In this document: positions 19,848-30,291 of the stretch, one piece after another
Numbering within the stretch: position 1 is the stretch's first letter
Layout of the letters: each line of letters begins with the position of its first letter
Program-made: the position numbers and the translations under genes
Source of the DNA: a virus
Reading direction: 5' to 3' (one strand)
IMG/VR virus record: IMGVR_UViG_3300042731_006431
Span: 2,886-66,885 of that record
DNA length: 64,000 nt
Notes under the pieces: model-generated
The model's database searches: none
Told to the model about the DNA's origin: nothing
What the model saw: the letters and a program-made list of their open reading frames with translations, nothing else

Positions 19848-22800
19848 ATGGCTAATTTTCAAAAGAAAATAAACGTACAATACGATAGTGTATTAAAAGC
19901 TAGTAAAGCATTAGCAGAATTGCGTGCTAAATTAGAAAAAGGCGAAATAACTCAAAAAGAATTTGATAAAGCTACTATAAAAGTTGAAAAAGATTTAAAT
20001 AAGGCAGCTAAATCTATTAAACAGGTTGGAACAGCATTAGAAACAACAACAAAAAAAACCAAGGGTATGGTTAATGGTTTTGCAGATTTAAAAGCTGGGT
20101 TCGATACTGTAATGATGGGTTTTCGAAAACTTAAAAATGCAATGGGCGGTGTTGTAGATGCTTACGTTCAATTTGAAAAGAAATCAAAAGAAGTGCAAAC
20201 ACTTGGAGTTGACGATAAAACCATTAAAAGTATTGAAAGTGGACTAAAAAAAGTAGCACAAGACACAGGTAAAACATACGAAGATTTATGGAAATCAACC
20301 TATGACACAATATCAAGTGGCGCCGTAACCGCTGCCGACAGTGTAATGTTGGTAGAAAAAGCAAGTAAATTTGCAACAGGTGCGGTAACAGACACTAGTA
20401 GTTCTGTTACATTAGCAACAAAAGCCATCAATGCTTTTGGTTTGGAAGCAAAAGACACAGATCAGATTTTTAATGTTTTCCAAGAAACGATCAGAAATGG
20501 TGTAACAACTGGAAATGAATTAGCAGCTGCATTACCTGAAGTTTTTGCCATGTCTAAATCAGTTGGATTAAACATCAAGGATGTGGGTATAGCTATTACA
20601 GGTCTAACAAAAGGCGGTTTTAAGACTGATCTTGCACGGACTGGTTTAAAAGCTATTGAAAATGCTGTAATGGCATATAGTGCAAAAATGAAAAAAGCTG
20701 GTATTGAGGGTGTTGATTTTGCAAAGGGGCAGATAACTAATTTCCAAGACATGATTATGAGTTTGAATAAAATAGAAATGCCCAAATTAAAGAAAATGGT
20801 TCGCTCGTCTGAAGCTGTTGCTTCGATAAAGGCATTAGGCACACAACTACAAGGAGCATGGGTCGAGTCTTTTAATGATGAAAATTTGTCAGGCTCATTT
20901 GAAAAAGCGTTTAACAAAATGAACGAAACCGCTGCTGAAAAAATGGCAAGTTTGAAAGCTCAATTTGACACGGCTATGATAGAAGTTGGTGAATCTTTAA
21001 TGCCATTAGTTGAACAAGTCATGAAAGCGTTAACTGATCTTATGCCAACAATAAAACAGTTTGGGCAAATAGCAGCTAGTGTTATGAATGAGGTTGGTCG
21101 TTTTTTCTCAAAAGGTGGATGGTTATTTGCAGCTATACTTTTATTTAAAAAATTAGGCATTGGTTTTGGCACATTTAAAGATATTTTTCTTAAAGGAATG
21201 ACTGCTATAAAAACAGCCGCTTTGAGTAACCCATTAGGTTTAATTTTAACTGCTGCAAGCGCTTTAATTCCACTTATTATGTCACTTACAAAAAGCAATG
21301 CTGAATTGGCACAAAGTGCAAGTGATGCGGCAAAATCAAGTTTAAAGCAACGTGACTCAATGAATGAAGAAATTAAACAGCTTAAAGTACAAAAAGAGAA
21401 TATTGATGGTGTTATTGGAAAACTAAAAGAATATAAAAATGAAGTATCGACTCAATCAAAATTGGAATTTTTCGGAGATACCGAAAGTTTAAAAGCAAAC
21501 ACTCAAGAAGCTTTAAATTTTATGCGTCAAAGTGCTGGTGAGCTTGGCGGTTCGTCTAAATTAGCAATTGAAAATCTATATAGAGCAGCAACTGACGGAA
21601 CAATGAAAGTTGAAGATGCGCTTACTAAGGCTATGGAAGTATATAAAAAAGCTAAAGGGATTATTGATGAAACTATTGGTAAAGATGCAGAAATGGAGAG
21701 TAAATTTACGGTAGCAAGTGGGGCCGCATCTGTTGATGCAATTGGTAATTCTTTAATGGCTTTGAAAAAGTTGGAAATTGAATTAGATACTGCAATGAGA
21801 GAAGGAAACGCAAATAGAATTGCAGAAATTAATTCTGAAGGCGCTAAATTAAAACAAACATTAACCGAAAATCAAGGCAATCTTAACAATCTACTTGGTG
21901 AAGGTGGTGAAAATGCAAAGAAAATAATGGATTATCTAAATAGCTCATTAGAAAAATCACATGAAAACGCACAAAAATTTGATGCTTTCGCTATGTCTAA
22001 TATGGGAATAATAACAAGCGAAAATCAAAAAGTGATTGAAGCTTATGAATATACAAATGATATACTAGAAGGTATAGTAGATAATGGAAAAGTTATAGTA
22101 GACCAAAAAGATGAAGAACTTTCTAAAGATCAAGAAATATATGATTTATATGGCAATGAAGCAGATATAAAAGAATTAATACTTGGAAAAGATTTAGAAG
22201 ATTTAGAAATTTCCGATAGCATAACAGAAGCTCAATACAATCAAATAAAAGCACAAAAAGATTTATTGACGGTTAAATTAAAGACTTTAGAAACTGATAT
22301 TAAAAATTCTCAAGTTATGGCAGATATGTTACAAAATACGTTTATGGCATCAGCTGCTCAAAAAATGGTAGGTGACCAAAAATCTAATTTAGACGACGTT
22401 AAAAAAGAAATTGAATCAATAGATAAGATATTAAGTAAAAAAGTTGTTAGAACTTCGGCCGGAGGTGGTCCCGGTGGAGCAGGTGGTACTGCCACAACAA
22501 AAACCGATAAAGAATCCAAAAAGAAAGATGAAGAGGAAGAGAAAAAGCGAGAAAAAGAAGCTGAAGAAAAGAAAAAAAGAGAAGAAGAACTCGCAAAAAA
22601 AATAGAAAAATTCCATGATGATATGATAAAACAGCAAGAAGAGGCAAAAGAACTTGCACAAAAACAGCTTGATGAACAAATCAAAGCACGAGACGCTTAT
22701 AGAGAAGCATTTAAAGGTATAAAAGCTGGCGGATTTGAAACGTTAAACGATTATAGGGATGAGTTAGAGTTAGAGTATGCTAAGCAATATGATAAAATTC

Positions 22801-25800
22801 AAAAAGATACAAATCTAAGCGCTGTTGAACAACAAAAACGATTTGATGCGCTTGCAAAAGAATACGAATACTTTATGTGGAAAAGCGACTACCAATTTAA
22901 AACTGATGCTTGGGAGCTGTTGGTAGGTAAATTAAAAGAAACAAATAATGAACTTAAAAATATTAATAAGCAATATAAAGAAACGTTACATCCTATAGAC
23001 GCATCTATAGAGAAATTTAGAGAAGCGTCGGCACTATCAAAAAAAATAGCATTACAATCTAACTGGATTATAGGCAAAGAAATATTCTTTTTCCAAGATT
23101 TGTTAAATAATCAAAACGAAGTATATACAGCTATGGATCGTAATCTAAGTAATTTATATTCAATAAAACCTGATGATTATGGAATGGGAATAGGTGAAGA
23201 GGTATTAAAAGGAGGAATTACAGAAGGGTTAAGAGAGGGTCGAATTGATATTAGTGATATTGTTAAATATTTGCGACTTCTTAATGAGCATAGCGAAAGA
23301 ATAGAATCTGCTTCAGAAGCAGCAGTAAATGAAAACATACAACTTAGAGCTGATATGTTTGGAGCAACAAGTACAAGGCGTACAACAGTAACGCATAATC
23401 CTTTTAAAATGGTTCGTCCTGACACAATAGCTGAATTTATTTCTAATATTACACTATCTGGGCAAGGAAGCCAATCGGAATTTCAGGATAAATTACTTAA
23501 AGCCTTTGGAATATCACCAGATAATTTTAATTTAGGTGCTACAACAGTAAAAAGAAAAACTACCCCTATAAAAGAAGAGGACATTGTTAGTAAAGGTGAG
23601 TACTTTGAAGTTAAATTTGATCCAACGCAATATAATTTAATAGAGCAAATTATTGCTAAAATTACGGGTTTTGACCCACATGATTTACAAGCGGCCTTAA
23701 GTAGTAAGGACTTTGAAAAGCAAATGAATTTAATGTGGGACACAATAGAAAATTTCTTAATTGAAAATGTAGATCTCTTGGAAGGAAAAGATTGGGAAGA
23801 TTTTACCGCAGCCGTGGGCCAATTTATGTCCCAATTTGCACGTGCGGGGATAGTACTTGCTGAAGACGTAAAGAAAGATATAACAAATTCGGAAAGAACA
23901 AATTTAAAAGATCAAAAAGACGCTTTTCAAAAATTAAAACAGCATGTTATGGGAATTGATTTTGCTGGGATACAGGATGAGTTGACAAAATTTGTTAACC
24001 TCAATGTTGAAGAGTTGCAATCAACTTATGATAATATAATTGAAGCTCAACAAAAAGGTATTGATCCTAATCAACTTAAAGAAATGAAATTATCAAGCGC
24101 TGTTTTTGCTGATCGCACTCTTGGTATAATTCAAAGTGTTGCCAATATGTCCCTTGATGTTCAAATGGCTGGTCATGCTTTAGCAGATGCGCAAACACAA
24201 TTAGAAGCAGCATTTCAAAATAATGCTGTAATGATGCATGGGTGGAGCCGTGTAGGTAATAAACTTATCCGATTAAGTGATCGTAAAGAATTTTTAGACG
24301 CTAAATTTAACGAATTAACTGGTGCGGCTTATACTTCAACTGGTGATTTTATTGCTGATCAAGTTGTTAACGTAGCTGAAACAAATAGAAGAATTGAAAG
24401 ATCTAAATTAGATGAAGTAATTGATGAACTTGAAAAAAAATACAATGAAGCAAACTTATCGTTTGAAAAGTTACAAGAACTTAATGATAAAATAGTAAAA
24501 ATGGTTCAATTACAAACTATCTTAGTTGTTAACGATGTAAATCAGCTTGTTAAAGAATATAAAAATACTTTTAAAAATTCAATTTTGCCTGATTTAGAAA
24601 CTGATCCTGTTTTTCAAAAAATGAAAGATCAAGTAACGAAATTAGAGGTTACACGGAAAGCTCATCAAGAAGCTTTAAGTAAGATAAATGAAACTCTTAA
24701 ATATGAAGAGATACTTAATAAAAAAATCAAAGATGAAAATAATAAAAGACTACAATATTTTCAAGAACAAAATGAATTAAAAATAAAAATCCGTGAGCTT
24801 GAAGATAGTCTTACAGAAGAAGAAAAAAAAGCTTATCAAGATAAAATAAACTTTCTTGATGCCAAAATGGCTCAAAGCGATAAGCAAATTGAAGATTATA
24901 AAAATCAAATTCAAGAGGGCTTTTTAACGCCGGAAGAGATAGCAGAATTAGAAAAAGGTGCAAAAGCTGAAAAAGATGCCATTGATACTATTAATACAGC
25001 TATAGGTAGTATTAAAATTAACGCTGAAAATCTTGGCCCTCTAAAAGAACTTAATGAATACCTTGCTAAATTTGGTTTGTCTTTAGAAGGTATATCTGAT
25101 CAAGCAGACACTTTCATTGATATTTCGCGTCGATCTACTGCTATACAGAAAGCGCAAAATATAGTAGAACAAGAAAAATTAGATCTACAGAAAAAAATAT
25201 CACAATCAGGAAATGAATTAAAAGATATTCAAGACAAAATAACATCTGAGACAGACCCTGGCAAATTAGAAGAGTTGAATAATCAGTATAAAGTTGAATC
25301 TAATAATTTAGACGAGTTAACAAATTCTTTAGAGGAAGCCGATAAAGCTACAAAAGCATTAAATACTTCAGCTAATCTTTTAGCAATTAAAAGTTTAAAC
25401 AAATTCTTATCATTTGCTGACAATTTGCAAAGTGGAGTAAGAGCTATTATTGATGTAGTATCTGAAGGTGGAGAAGGTGGCCTTCAAGATGTCGGAGAAG
25501 CTTTAAATCAATTAGGATCATTATTAAACACTATCCTTTCATCTGTTGGTGGAGCTTATGGTGCTGCAATAGGCACAATACTTGAAACTGCTCTTGGTTT
25601 TATTGGAACTGTTATTACTGCATTGGGTGAATCAGATGCAGAAGATCAAAAAGAGCAATTAATTAAGTCTCAACATTTTTATGAAAACAATTTAAAAAAA
25701 TTAGATGCCATAAACAAAACGCTCAAAGATAATTTTGAAGATGAGGCCGCTTTTAATAAGGAAGCTCATAATACAGCACAAGAACAATTTGACGAGGCAA

Positions 25801-26855
25801 AAGTAGTTTGGGATGAAACTATGCCTACATATTATACAGCTGTAGACAGAGAAGAGGCAGTTGCTGCAAGAAATAAATATATTACAGGAAATGCGTATAC
25901 TGGTTTTACAAATACAAAAACTGGTGAAAAATTTCCTACTATGGAAGAAGCGCTTGCATCACTTGGGTATACATATCAATCAGGTGTCCAAGCAAAAGAA
26001 TCATCTTTTGAAGGTATGTCCTTTGAAGAAATACAAGCTATGAAAGACTATTGGGCAGAACAAAAAAATATTGCAGAAGAAAAAGGGTGGGAAAATTGGG
26101 CTAAATTTTATGAATCAAATATGGCAGCCGCCGATAAATACATAGATGCCCTTCTCGAACTCCAACAAATGCAAAAAGACGTTAATGAAGAGCAGATGGC
26201 TGATATACAGTTAACTGGCGATATGGAAGTTAATAGAGCAAAAATTGCCGGAAAATCTGAAGAAGAAATAAAAAAAATACAAGCTGAAAACATTCAAAAC
26301 CAAATTGACGAATTGAATTCACGGTTGACTGAAGTTGATGAAACTGGCCAATTATTATATACAGAAGAAGAACGTAAAAAGATACAAGCTGAAATGTTAG
26401 CCTTGCAAGTTCAACAAATGGAATTAAAAGAAAAAAGCTTGGAACTCGACAAAGAATCCAACGATGAACTTAAAAAACTACTCCGCTCACAAGGATATTT
26501 AGTAGGCCTACAACAAAAAGGGGCTAATGTTGTAAATCCACTTGCTAACGTCAATAGACAATTAGCAGGATATCAATTACCAAGTTATGATGAAGGTAGC
26601 GACTATATAGCGTTTGATCAAATTGCAAAAATACACGCAGGTGAGGCAATTTTAACCGCAAAGGAAAACGCACAACGTATCAACGGAGCTGTCAGTACTT
26701 ATCAAACAAACAATATCGTCAATAACAATCAGAGCGCTAAGGTTGTGTTTAATGGTGTTACAGATTCAGGCATGAGTAAGCTTGACAATCTTTTAAAAAC
26801 CTATGGAATCAATGGAGTGAAAGAATTAGCGACGATAGCTAAAAATAACAGATAA
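19848..26855 (+). CDS. tape measure protein
   Basis: 2335 aa helical/coiled-coil; TP901-like core (YD.ISSG, FATG..TD, G.TT..ELA), TM segments, C-terminal YD.G..Y...DQIA.IH.GEAIL. Confidence 0.92.
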   Translation: MANFQKKINVQYDSVLKASKALAELRAKLEKGEITQKEFDKATIKVEKDLNKAAKSIKQVGTALETTTKKTKGMVNGFADLKAGFDTVMMGFRKLKNAMGGVVDAYVQFEKKSKEVQTLGVDDKTIKSIESGLKKVAQDTGKTYEDLWKSTYDTISSGAVTAADSVMLVEKASKFATGAVTDTSSSVTLATKAINAFGLEAKDTDQIFNVFQETIRNGVTTGNELAAALPEVFAMSKSVGLNIKDVGIAITGLTKGGFKTDLARTGLKAIENAVMAYSAKMKKAGIEGVDFAKGQITNFQDMIMSLNKIEMPKLKKMVRSSEAVASIKALGTQLQGAWVESFNDENLSGSFEKAFNKMNETAAEKMASLKAQFDTAMIEVGESLMPLVEQVMKALTDLMPTIKQFGQIAASVMNEVGRFFSKGGWLFAAILLFKKLGIGFGTFKDIFLKGMTAIKTAALSNPLGLILTAASALIPLIMSLTKSNAELAQSASDAAKSSLKQRDSMNEEIKQLKVQKENIDGVIGKLKEYKNEVSTQSKLEFFGDTESLKANTQEALNFMRQSAGELGGSSKLAIENLYRAATDGTMKVEDALTKAMEVYKKAKGIIDETIGKDAEMESKFTVASGAASVDAIGNSLMALKKLEIELDTAMREGNANRIAEINSEGAKLKQTLTENQGNLNNLLGEGGENAKKIMDYLNSSLEKSHENAQKFDAFAMSNMGIITSENQKVIEAYEYTNDILEGIVDNGKVIVDQKDEELSKDQEIYDLYGNEADIKELILGKDLEDLEISDSITEAQYNQIKAQKDLLTVKLKTLETDIKNSQVMADMLQNTFMASAAQKMVGDQKSNLDDVKKEIESIDKILSKKVVRTSAGGGPGGAGGTATTKTDKESKKKDEEEEKKREKEAEEKKKREEELAKKIEKFHDDMIKQQEEAKELAQKQLDEQIKARDAYREAFKGIKAGGFETLNDYRDELELEYAKQYDKIQKDTNLSAVEQQKRFDALAKEYEYFMWKSDYQFKTDAWELLVGKLKETNNELKNINKQYKETLHPIDASIEKFREASALSKKIALQSNWIIGKEIFFFQDLLNNQNEVYTAMDRNLSNLYSIKPDDYGMGIGEEVLKGGITEGLREGRIDISDIVKYLRLLNEHSERIESASEAAVNENIQLRADMFGATSTRRTTVTHNPFKMVRPDTIAEFISNITLSGQGSQSEFQDKLLKAFGISPDNFNLGATTVKRKTTPIKEEDIVSKGEYFEVKFDPTQYNLIEQIIAKITGFDPHDLQAALSSKDFEKQMNLMWDTIENFLIENVDLLEGKDWEDFTAAVGQFMSQFARAGIVLAEDVKKDITNSERTNLKDQKDAFQKLKQHVMGIDFAGIQDELTKFVNLNVEELQSTYDNIIEAQQKGIDPNQLKEMKLSSAVFADRTLGIIQSVANMSLDVQMAGHALADAQTQLEAAFQNNAVMMHGWSRVGNKLIRLSDRKEFLDAKFNELTGAAYTSTGDFIADQVVNVAETNRRIERSKLDEVIDELEKKYNEANLSFEKLQELNDKIVKMVQLQTILVVNDVNQLVKEYKNTFKNSILPDLETDPVFQKMKDQVTKLEVTRKAHQEALSKINETLKYEEILNKKIKDENNKRLQYFQEQNELKIKIRELEDSLTEEEKKAYQDKINFLDAKMAQSDKQIEDYKNQIQEGFLTPEEIAELEKGAKAEKDAIDTINTAIGSIKINAENLGPLKELNEYLAKFGLSLEGISDQADTFIDISRRSTAIQKAQNIVEQEKLDLQKKISQSGNELKDIQDKITSETDPGKLEELNNQYKVESNNLDELTNSLEEADKATKALNTSANLLAIKSLNKFLSFADNLQSGVRAIIDVVSEGGEGGLQDVGEALNQLGSLLNTILSSVGGAYGAAIGTILETALGFIGTVITALGESDAEDQKEQLIKSQHFYENNLKKLDAINKTLKDNFEDEAAFNKEAHNTAQEQFDEAKVVWDETMPTYYTAVDREEAVAARNKYITGNAYTGFTNTKTGEKFPTMEEALASLGYTYQSGVQAKESSFEGMSFEEIQAMKDYWAEQKNIAEEKGWENWAKFYESNMAAADKYIDALLELQQMQKDVNEEQMADIQLTGDMEVNRAKIAGKSEEEIKKIQAENIQNQIDELNSRLTEVDETGQLLYTEEERKKIQAEMLALQVQQMELKEKSLELDKESNDELKKLLRSQGYLVGLQQKGANVVNPLANVNRQLAGYQLPSYDEGSDYIAFDQIAKIHAGEAILTAKENAQRINGAVSTYQTNNIVNNNQSAKVVFNGVTDSGMSKLDNLLKTYGINGVKELATIAKNNR

Positions 26856-26870
26856 AGTTAAACATAAAAA

Positions 26871-26893
26871 AAACCGAGGCTTTACCTCGGTTT
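26871..26893. terminator. bidirectional intrinsic terminator between tape measure and convergent gene
   Basis: AAACCGAGG-CTTTA-CCTCGGTTT hairpin with A-run upstream and T-rich tail. Confidence 0.75.
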
Positions 26894-26909
26894 ATATTTG
26901 TTAATTATC

Positions 26910-27593
26910 TTAATATTCTTTTACTATTTTTACCCCACCCATTTCTAAAAGCAATTTATCATCACAATTTATCTCACAAAGAACTTTATCATCCTTGCAA
27001 AATAAATAATTGATTCCTTCGCTGAATATTTCAGCACTTTCATCAATTAGCATTTTCAAGGATAGCTGATAACCCTCAGGTAAACTTGGAATTGTAAAGT
27101 GTTCATAACCATCGTCTTTAATAGGAGTTGGCAAATCATATGCTTTACAAAGCAATAAGATAATTTTTTGGTCGTTATTTGGATCGTGATAAAATTTGTC
27201 CAAATCTTCATTTTGCGTAAAAATGCAACTTGATAACGGTTTTCCGTTCAAAGTTGTGTTTTCTAAGTAGTTTTCTAATTCCTGTAATTTTTTTTCATGC
27301 GCCTCCGTCGATTTTTTCTTTTGCTCAACGTTTTTCAAATACTCTGTATAAGAAACTTTGGCTTTTTCTATACATTTCATGAACCATTCATTTGTTGTGT
27401 CGTCAGAAAATTCGATTGTTTTTTCTGATATAATAGTACCTGCTATATCACCAGTTACTTTTGGTATCGATTCTTGAATTTCAGGTTTGGCATATTTAAA
27501 TTCCTTTCCTTCAATTTCTATTACAACTTCTTCAATAATTTGAATGCTTTTCCCTGATCGGGAATATTTTTTCCTTATAATATGCTTATGCAT
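26910..27593 (-). CDS. hypothetical early protein (likely start MHKHIIRKKYSRSGKS at 27593)
   Basis: AGGAG RBS before ATG 27593; own sigma70 promoter; deleted copy at 43422-43647. Confidence 0.75.
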   Translation of the reverse strand: MHKHIIRKKYSRSGKSIQIIEEVVIEIEGKEFKYAKPEIQESIPKVTGDIAGTIISEKTIEFSDDTTNEWFMKCIEKAKVSYTEYLKNVEQKKKSTEAHEKKLQELENYLENTTLNGKPLSSCIFTQNEDLDKFYHDPNNDQKIILLLCKAYDLPTPIKDDGYEHFTIPSLPEGYQLSLKMLIDESAEIFSEGINYLFCKDDKVLCEINCDDKLLLEMGGVKIVKEY

Positions 27594-27644
27594 CTTATTT
27601 CTCCTAATTTTTATTTGAGCAATTCTCAATCACTCATACTACAA

Positions 27645-27693
27645 AATATAACACCTCAAAATTAAATAGTCAAATTTATTTTTAACTTTTTTA
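27645..27693 (-). promoter_or_regulatory. sigma70 promoter with A-rich UP element
   Basis: TTGACT-N17-TATATT; upstream 20 nt shared with the promoter at 36565-36613. Confidence 0.75.
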
Positions 27694-27740
27694 TTAAAAT
27701 TTTTCTTGCTTTTTAAAATTTACGTGTTATATTTCTTTAC

Positions 27741-28034
27741 ATGGAGACTGAAATTATGAATTACTTAAAGAAACTATCAACTAAATTAAAAGGTGCTATT
27801 TATGCTGATGATTTAGGCCATGAGTGCCCAATGTGTGGTGCTTTTCATAAAGTGCCATTAAAGAATACTGTTGATATAGTTTACAATCCACCTTACAGAC
27901 AAGAAGGGTTCAAAGATTATGCTGTGATTTTTGAATGTCCATATTGCAAAGAAAGGACTTGGAGTCATGCAACTTATATGACTTTAAATATTCTTTCACG
28001 AATGAAACCCGAGTTGATGAGTGATAAAATTTGA
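27741..28034 (+). CDS. Zn-ribbon hypothetical protein
   Basis: CPMC...CPYC motifs. Confidence 0.65.
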   Translation: METEIMNYLKKLSTKLKGAIYADDLGHECPMCGAFHKVPLKNTVDIVYNPPYRQEGFKDYAVIFECPYCKERTWSHATYMTLNILSRMKPELMSDKI

Positions 28035-28055
28035 GGCGTGAATTTAAAGGCGAGT

Positions 28056-28082
28056 GAACTGTCAAGAAATACTTGACAGTTC
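28056..28082. repeat. perfect 11-bp inverted repeat between convergent genes
   Basis: GAACTGTCAAG-AAATA-CTTGACAGTTC. Confidence 0.7.
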
Positions 28083-28086
28083 GTAT

Positions 28087-28883
28087 TTAATTACCAATTA
28101 AGTTTTTAAGTTTTTCAACACAATAATCATAATCTGTTTGTTGGATAGCTCCAGTTTTGAGTAGGCGTTCGCCAATTTTGTATAAACCTAAAGTTGTAAA
28201 TTTGGCATAACTATTAGTTTTTGTTTCATTTTTAGAGTTTTTATAATTTGCACTTGCAGTTAAAAACCATTTCTTACCTTGCTTTCCATAAGTAGATTCA
28301 GGCATTCTGTTATGAGTAATATAATTGTGATCAATTAAGAAATCAATAAGTTCAGTTTGCCTAATACCTAAATAGTGAGATGCATCACGAATAGTTATTA
28401 GTGTCGTACTATTAATAAACTCATCAACAAATTCAACTTTCGGTTGTTGTTCTTGGATGGTTATTTGTAATCTTTCCTTTTCCTCTTCCGCTTCAATAAC
28501 CATCAAAGCAAGTTCTTTTCGTGAAAGTTGCTTTATTGAATAAGTACCGGTTTTTTCTAATTGTGGTAATACTTCATGAGTTAGCCATCGTTTAAACTGT
28601 TTAGCTTCTGGTTTATAGCTTCTGGTTTATAGCTTCTGAAAATTAATTGATATATGCCTGGTTTGTTAACTAACCACATATCTCTGGTTTGACCTGATGC
28701 GTAAACTTTCCGCATCAGCTTTTCATCGTTATCGAGTTTTTCTAAAGCATCGTTTGTGCGTGTTAAATCCAAGATATCACAAACATCCTTAGCAACAAAC
28801 CAAGGTTCATTGTCAATACTGATAGTCCTAACAGGGCTACTTTCATATTGAAATACTGTTAAATCTTTCATGTTAAACTCCAA
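28087..28883 (-). pseudogene. BRO-N/KilA-C phage antirepressor split by a 14-bp tandem duplication
   Basis: BRO-N motif VR......EPWFVAKDVC.IL; removing one AGCTTCTGGTTTAT unit (28603-28630) restores FRSYKPEAKQFKRWLTHEVLP in frame with the KilA-C part (PKVEFVD, FT..G). Confidence 0.85.
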
Positions 28884-28945
28884 TTACGTATTATTTTAAA
28901 TATAACAAACAAAACCAAAACCGTGCAAACTTTTTTTAAATTTTT

Positions 28946-28977
28946 ATCGCACAAATTCAATGTATTTTAGTTATATT
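28946..28977 (+). promoter_or_regulatory. putative late promoter of the lysis/tail operon
   Basis: ATCGCACAAA-N14-GTTATATT. Confidence 0.75.
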
Positions 28978-29071
28978 TAATATACAGATTCTTTGAATTT
29001 GTGTTAATAATTGAAGTCTCCAAGCAGTATGATGGTTTGAAATATAACCGTCATACTTATTTTAAGGAAGT

Positions 29072-29353
29072 ATGATGGACGAAAAAGCAAAACAAGTCAT
29101 CACAGATGAAAACCGCAAACCCTGGATTCAACGTCAACAAAATATTTTAATGTTATTTGCGTTTGGATTTGCCACCTTAGGCGCTTTGCATGGCATTATT
29201 TCAGAGCAGTTTATTGAAATCATTGCATCTGTTTTAGTTGTAGGCGTTACAATGGTGTCAGGTGTAAAAGCTGAAAGTGTACGTGATAAAAGTAAATTTG
29301 AAGCCGCTTCTTATCTACTTGAACAAGCCAGTGAAGTTAAAGAAATCGAATAA
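29072..29353 (+). CDS. putative holin (2 TM)
   Basis: Two hydrophobic helices, charged termini, upstream of the endolysin. Confidence 0.55.
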   Translation: MMDEKAKQVITDENRKPWIQRQQNILMLFAFGFATLGALHGIISEQFIEIIASVLVVGVTMVSGVKAESVRDKSKFEAASYLLEQASEVKEIE

Positions 29354-29504
29354 CTGAGTATAGTTGTTAAAATAAATTTCGAGTCAGTTATCATACAAAA
29401 GTATGGTTAGGGTGGAGGGTCGGAAATAGCGGTTATATTAATCGCTATAATTAGCGCTGCTATTTTGGTAGCGCTAATTATTATTAATAAGAATAGGTTT
29501 TGAA

Positions 29505-29816
29505 ATGGGTGAGAGCTTATGGACAGGAGCAGGATTAGGCGCTGCTTATATAATATGGCAAGTGGTGAAGTTATTTATGTCTAAAATACCAAATAGCGCT
29601 GATAACAAAGGCACAAATGATGTCTCAGATGGAATAAAAGATATTAAAAGCACTCTGAACGACGTACAACACAAGGTTGACCAATCAAATTTCGTCAACG
29701 AAGAGGTTATCAGGACACAAGAAAATATTACCAAAGTACTTACCGATCTTACCATTCAAATATCTATAATCGCTAACACAATGAGTAAAGTTAAATCTGT
29801 GAATATGGATAGTTAA
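29505..29816 (+). CDS. single-TM coiled-coil lysis-cassette protein (holin-like)
   Basis: N-terminal TM then coiled coil, directly before the endolysin. Confidence 0.5.
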   Translation: MGESLWTGAGLGAAYIIWQVVKLFMSKIPNSADNKGTNDVSDGIKDIKSTLNDVQHKVDQSNFVNEEVIRTQENITKVLTDLTIQISIIANTMSKVKSVNMDS

Positions 29817-29826
29817 CGGAGGAATA

Positions 29827-30246
29827 ATGATACAATTAAGTAAAAATTTTAGACTGCATGAGTTCGAAGATAGCGAAACTGCAAAACTACATAAAATTAA
29901 TAACAAAGTACCAAACAAAGCAATATTATATAATTTAATCGCTCTTTGTGAAGCTGTTTTGCAACCAGTTAGAGATAAATTTGGACCGATAGAAATAACT
30001 TCAGGATATCGTTGTGAAGCTCTTAATCTTGCTGTCAAAGGTTCGCAAACTTCAGATCATATGTTAGGTCGAGCAGCTGACATTAGACCAATCAAAGGTG
30101 ATATTAAAGACGTTTATGAATGGATAATTAAAGAGCTTGAATTTGATCAATGCCTTTTAGAAACAAGGAAATCAAATGGTAGTACTTGGATTCATGTTTC
30201 TTATAAGCGTCCAAATAGAAATGAAGCAATTAGAAAAGAAGTTTAA
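29827..30246 (+). CDS. endolysin, peptidase M15 family
   Basis: LSKNF.L.EF, ITSGYRC..LN..V.G...S.H..G.AAD, WIHVS. Confidence 0.88.
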   Translation: MIQLSKNFRLHEFEDSETAKLHKINNKVPNKAILYNLIALCEAVLQPVRDKFGPIEITSGYRCEALNLAVKGSQTSDHMLGRAADIRPIKGDIKDVYEWIIKELEFDQCLLETRKSNGSTWIHVSYKRPNRNEAIRKEV

Positions 30247-30291
30247 CGGACTAATTTTTAGTTATTTATTTTAGATAGTTAGGTAGATAGT

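Noticed and set aside
20462-26293. Many minus-strand ORFs inside the tape measure gene
   Set aside because: Antisense shadows of a biased coding strand; no RBS, S/F/L-rich nonsense composition
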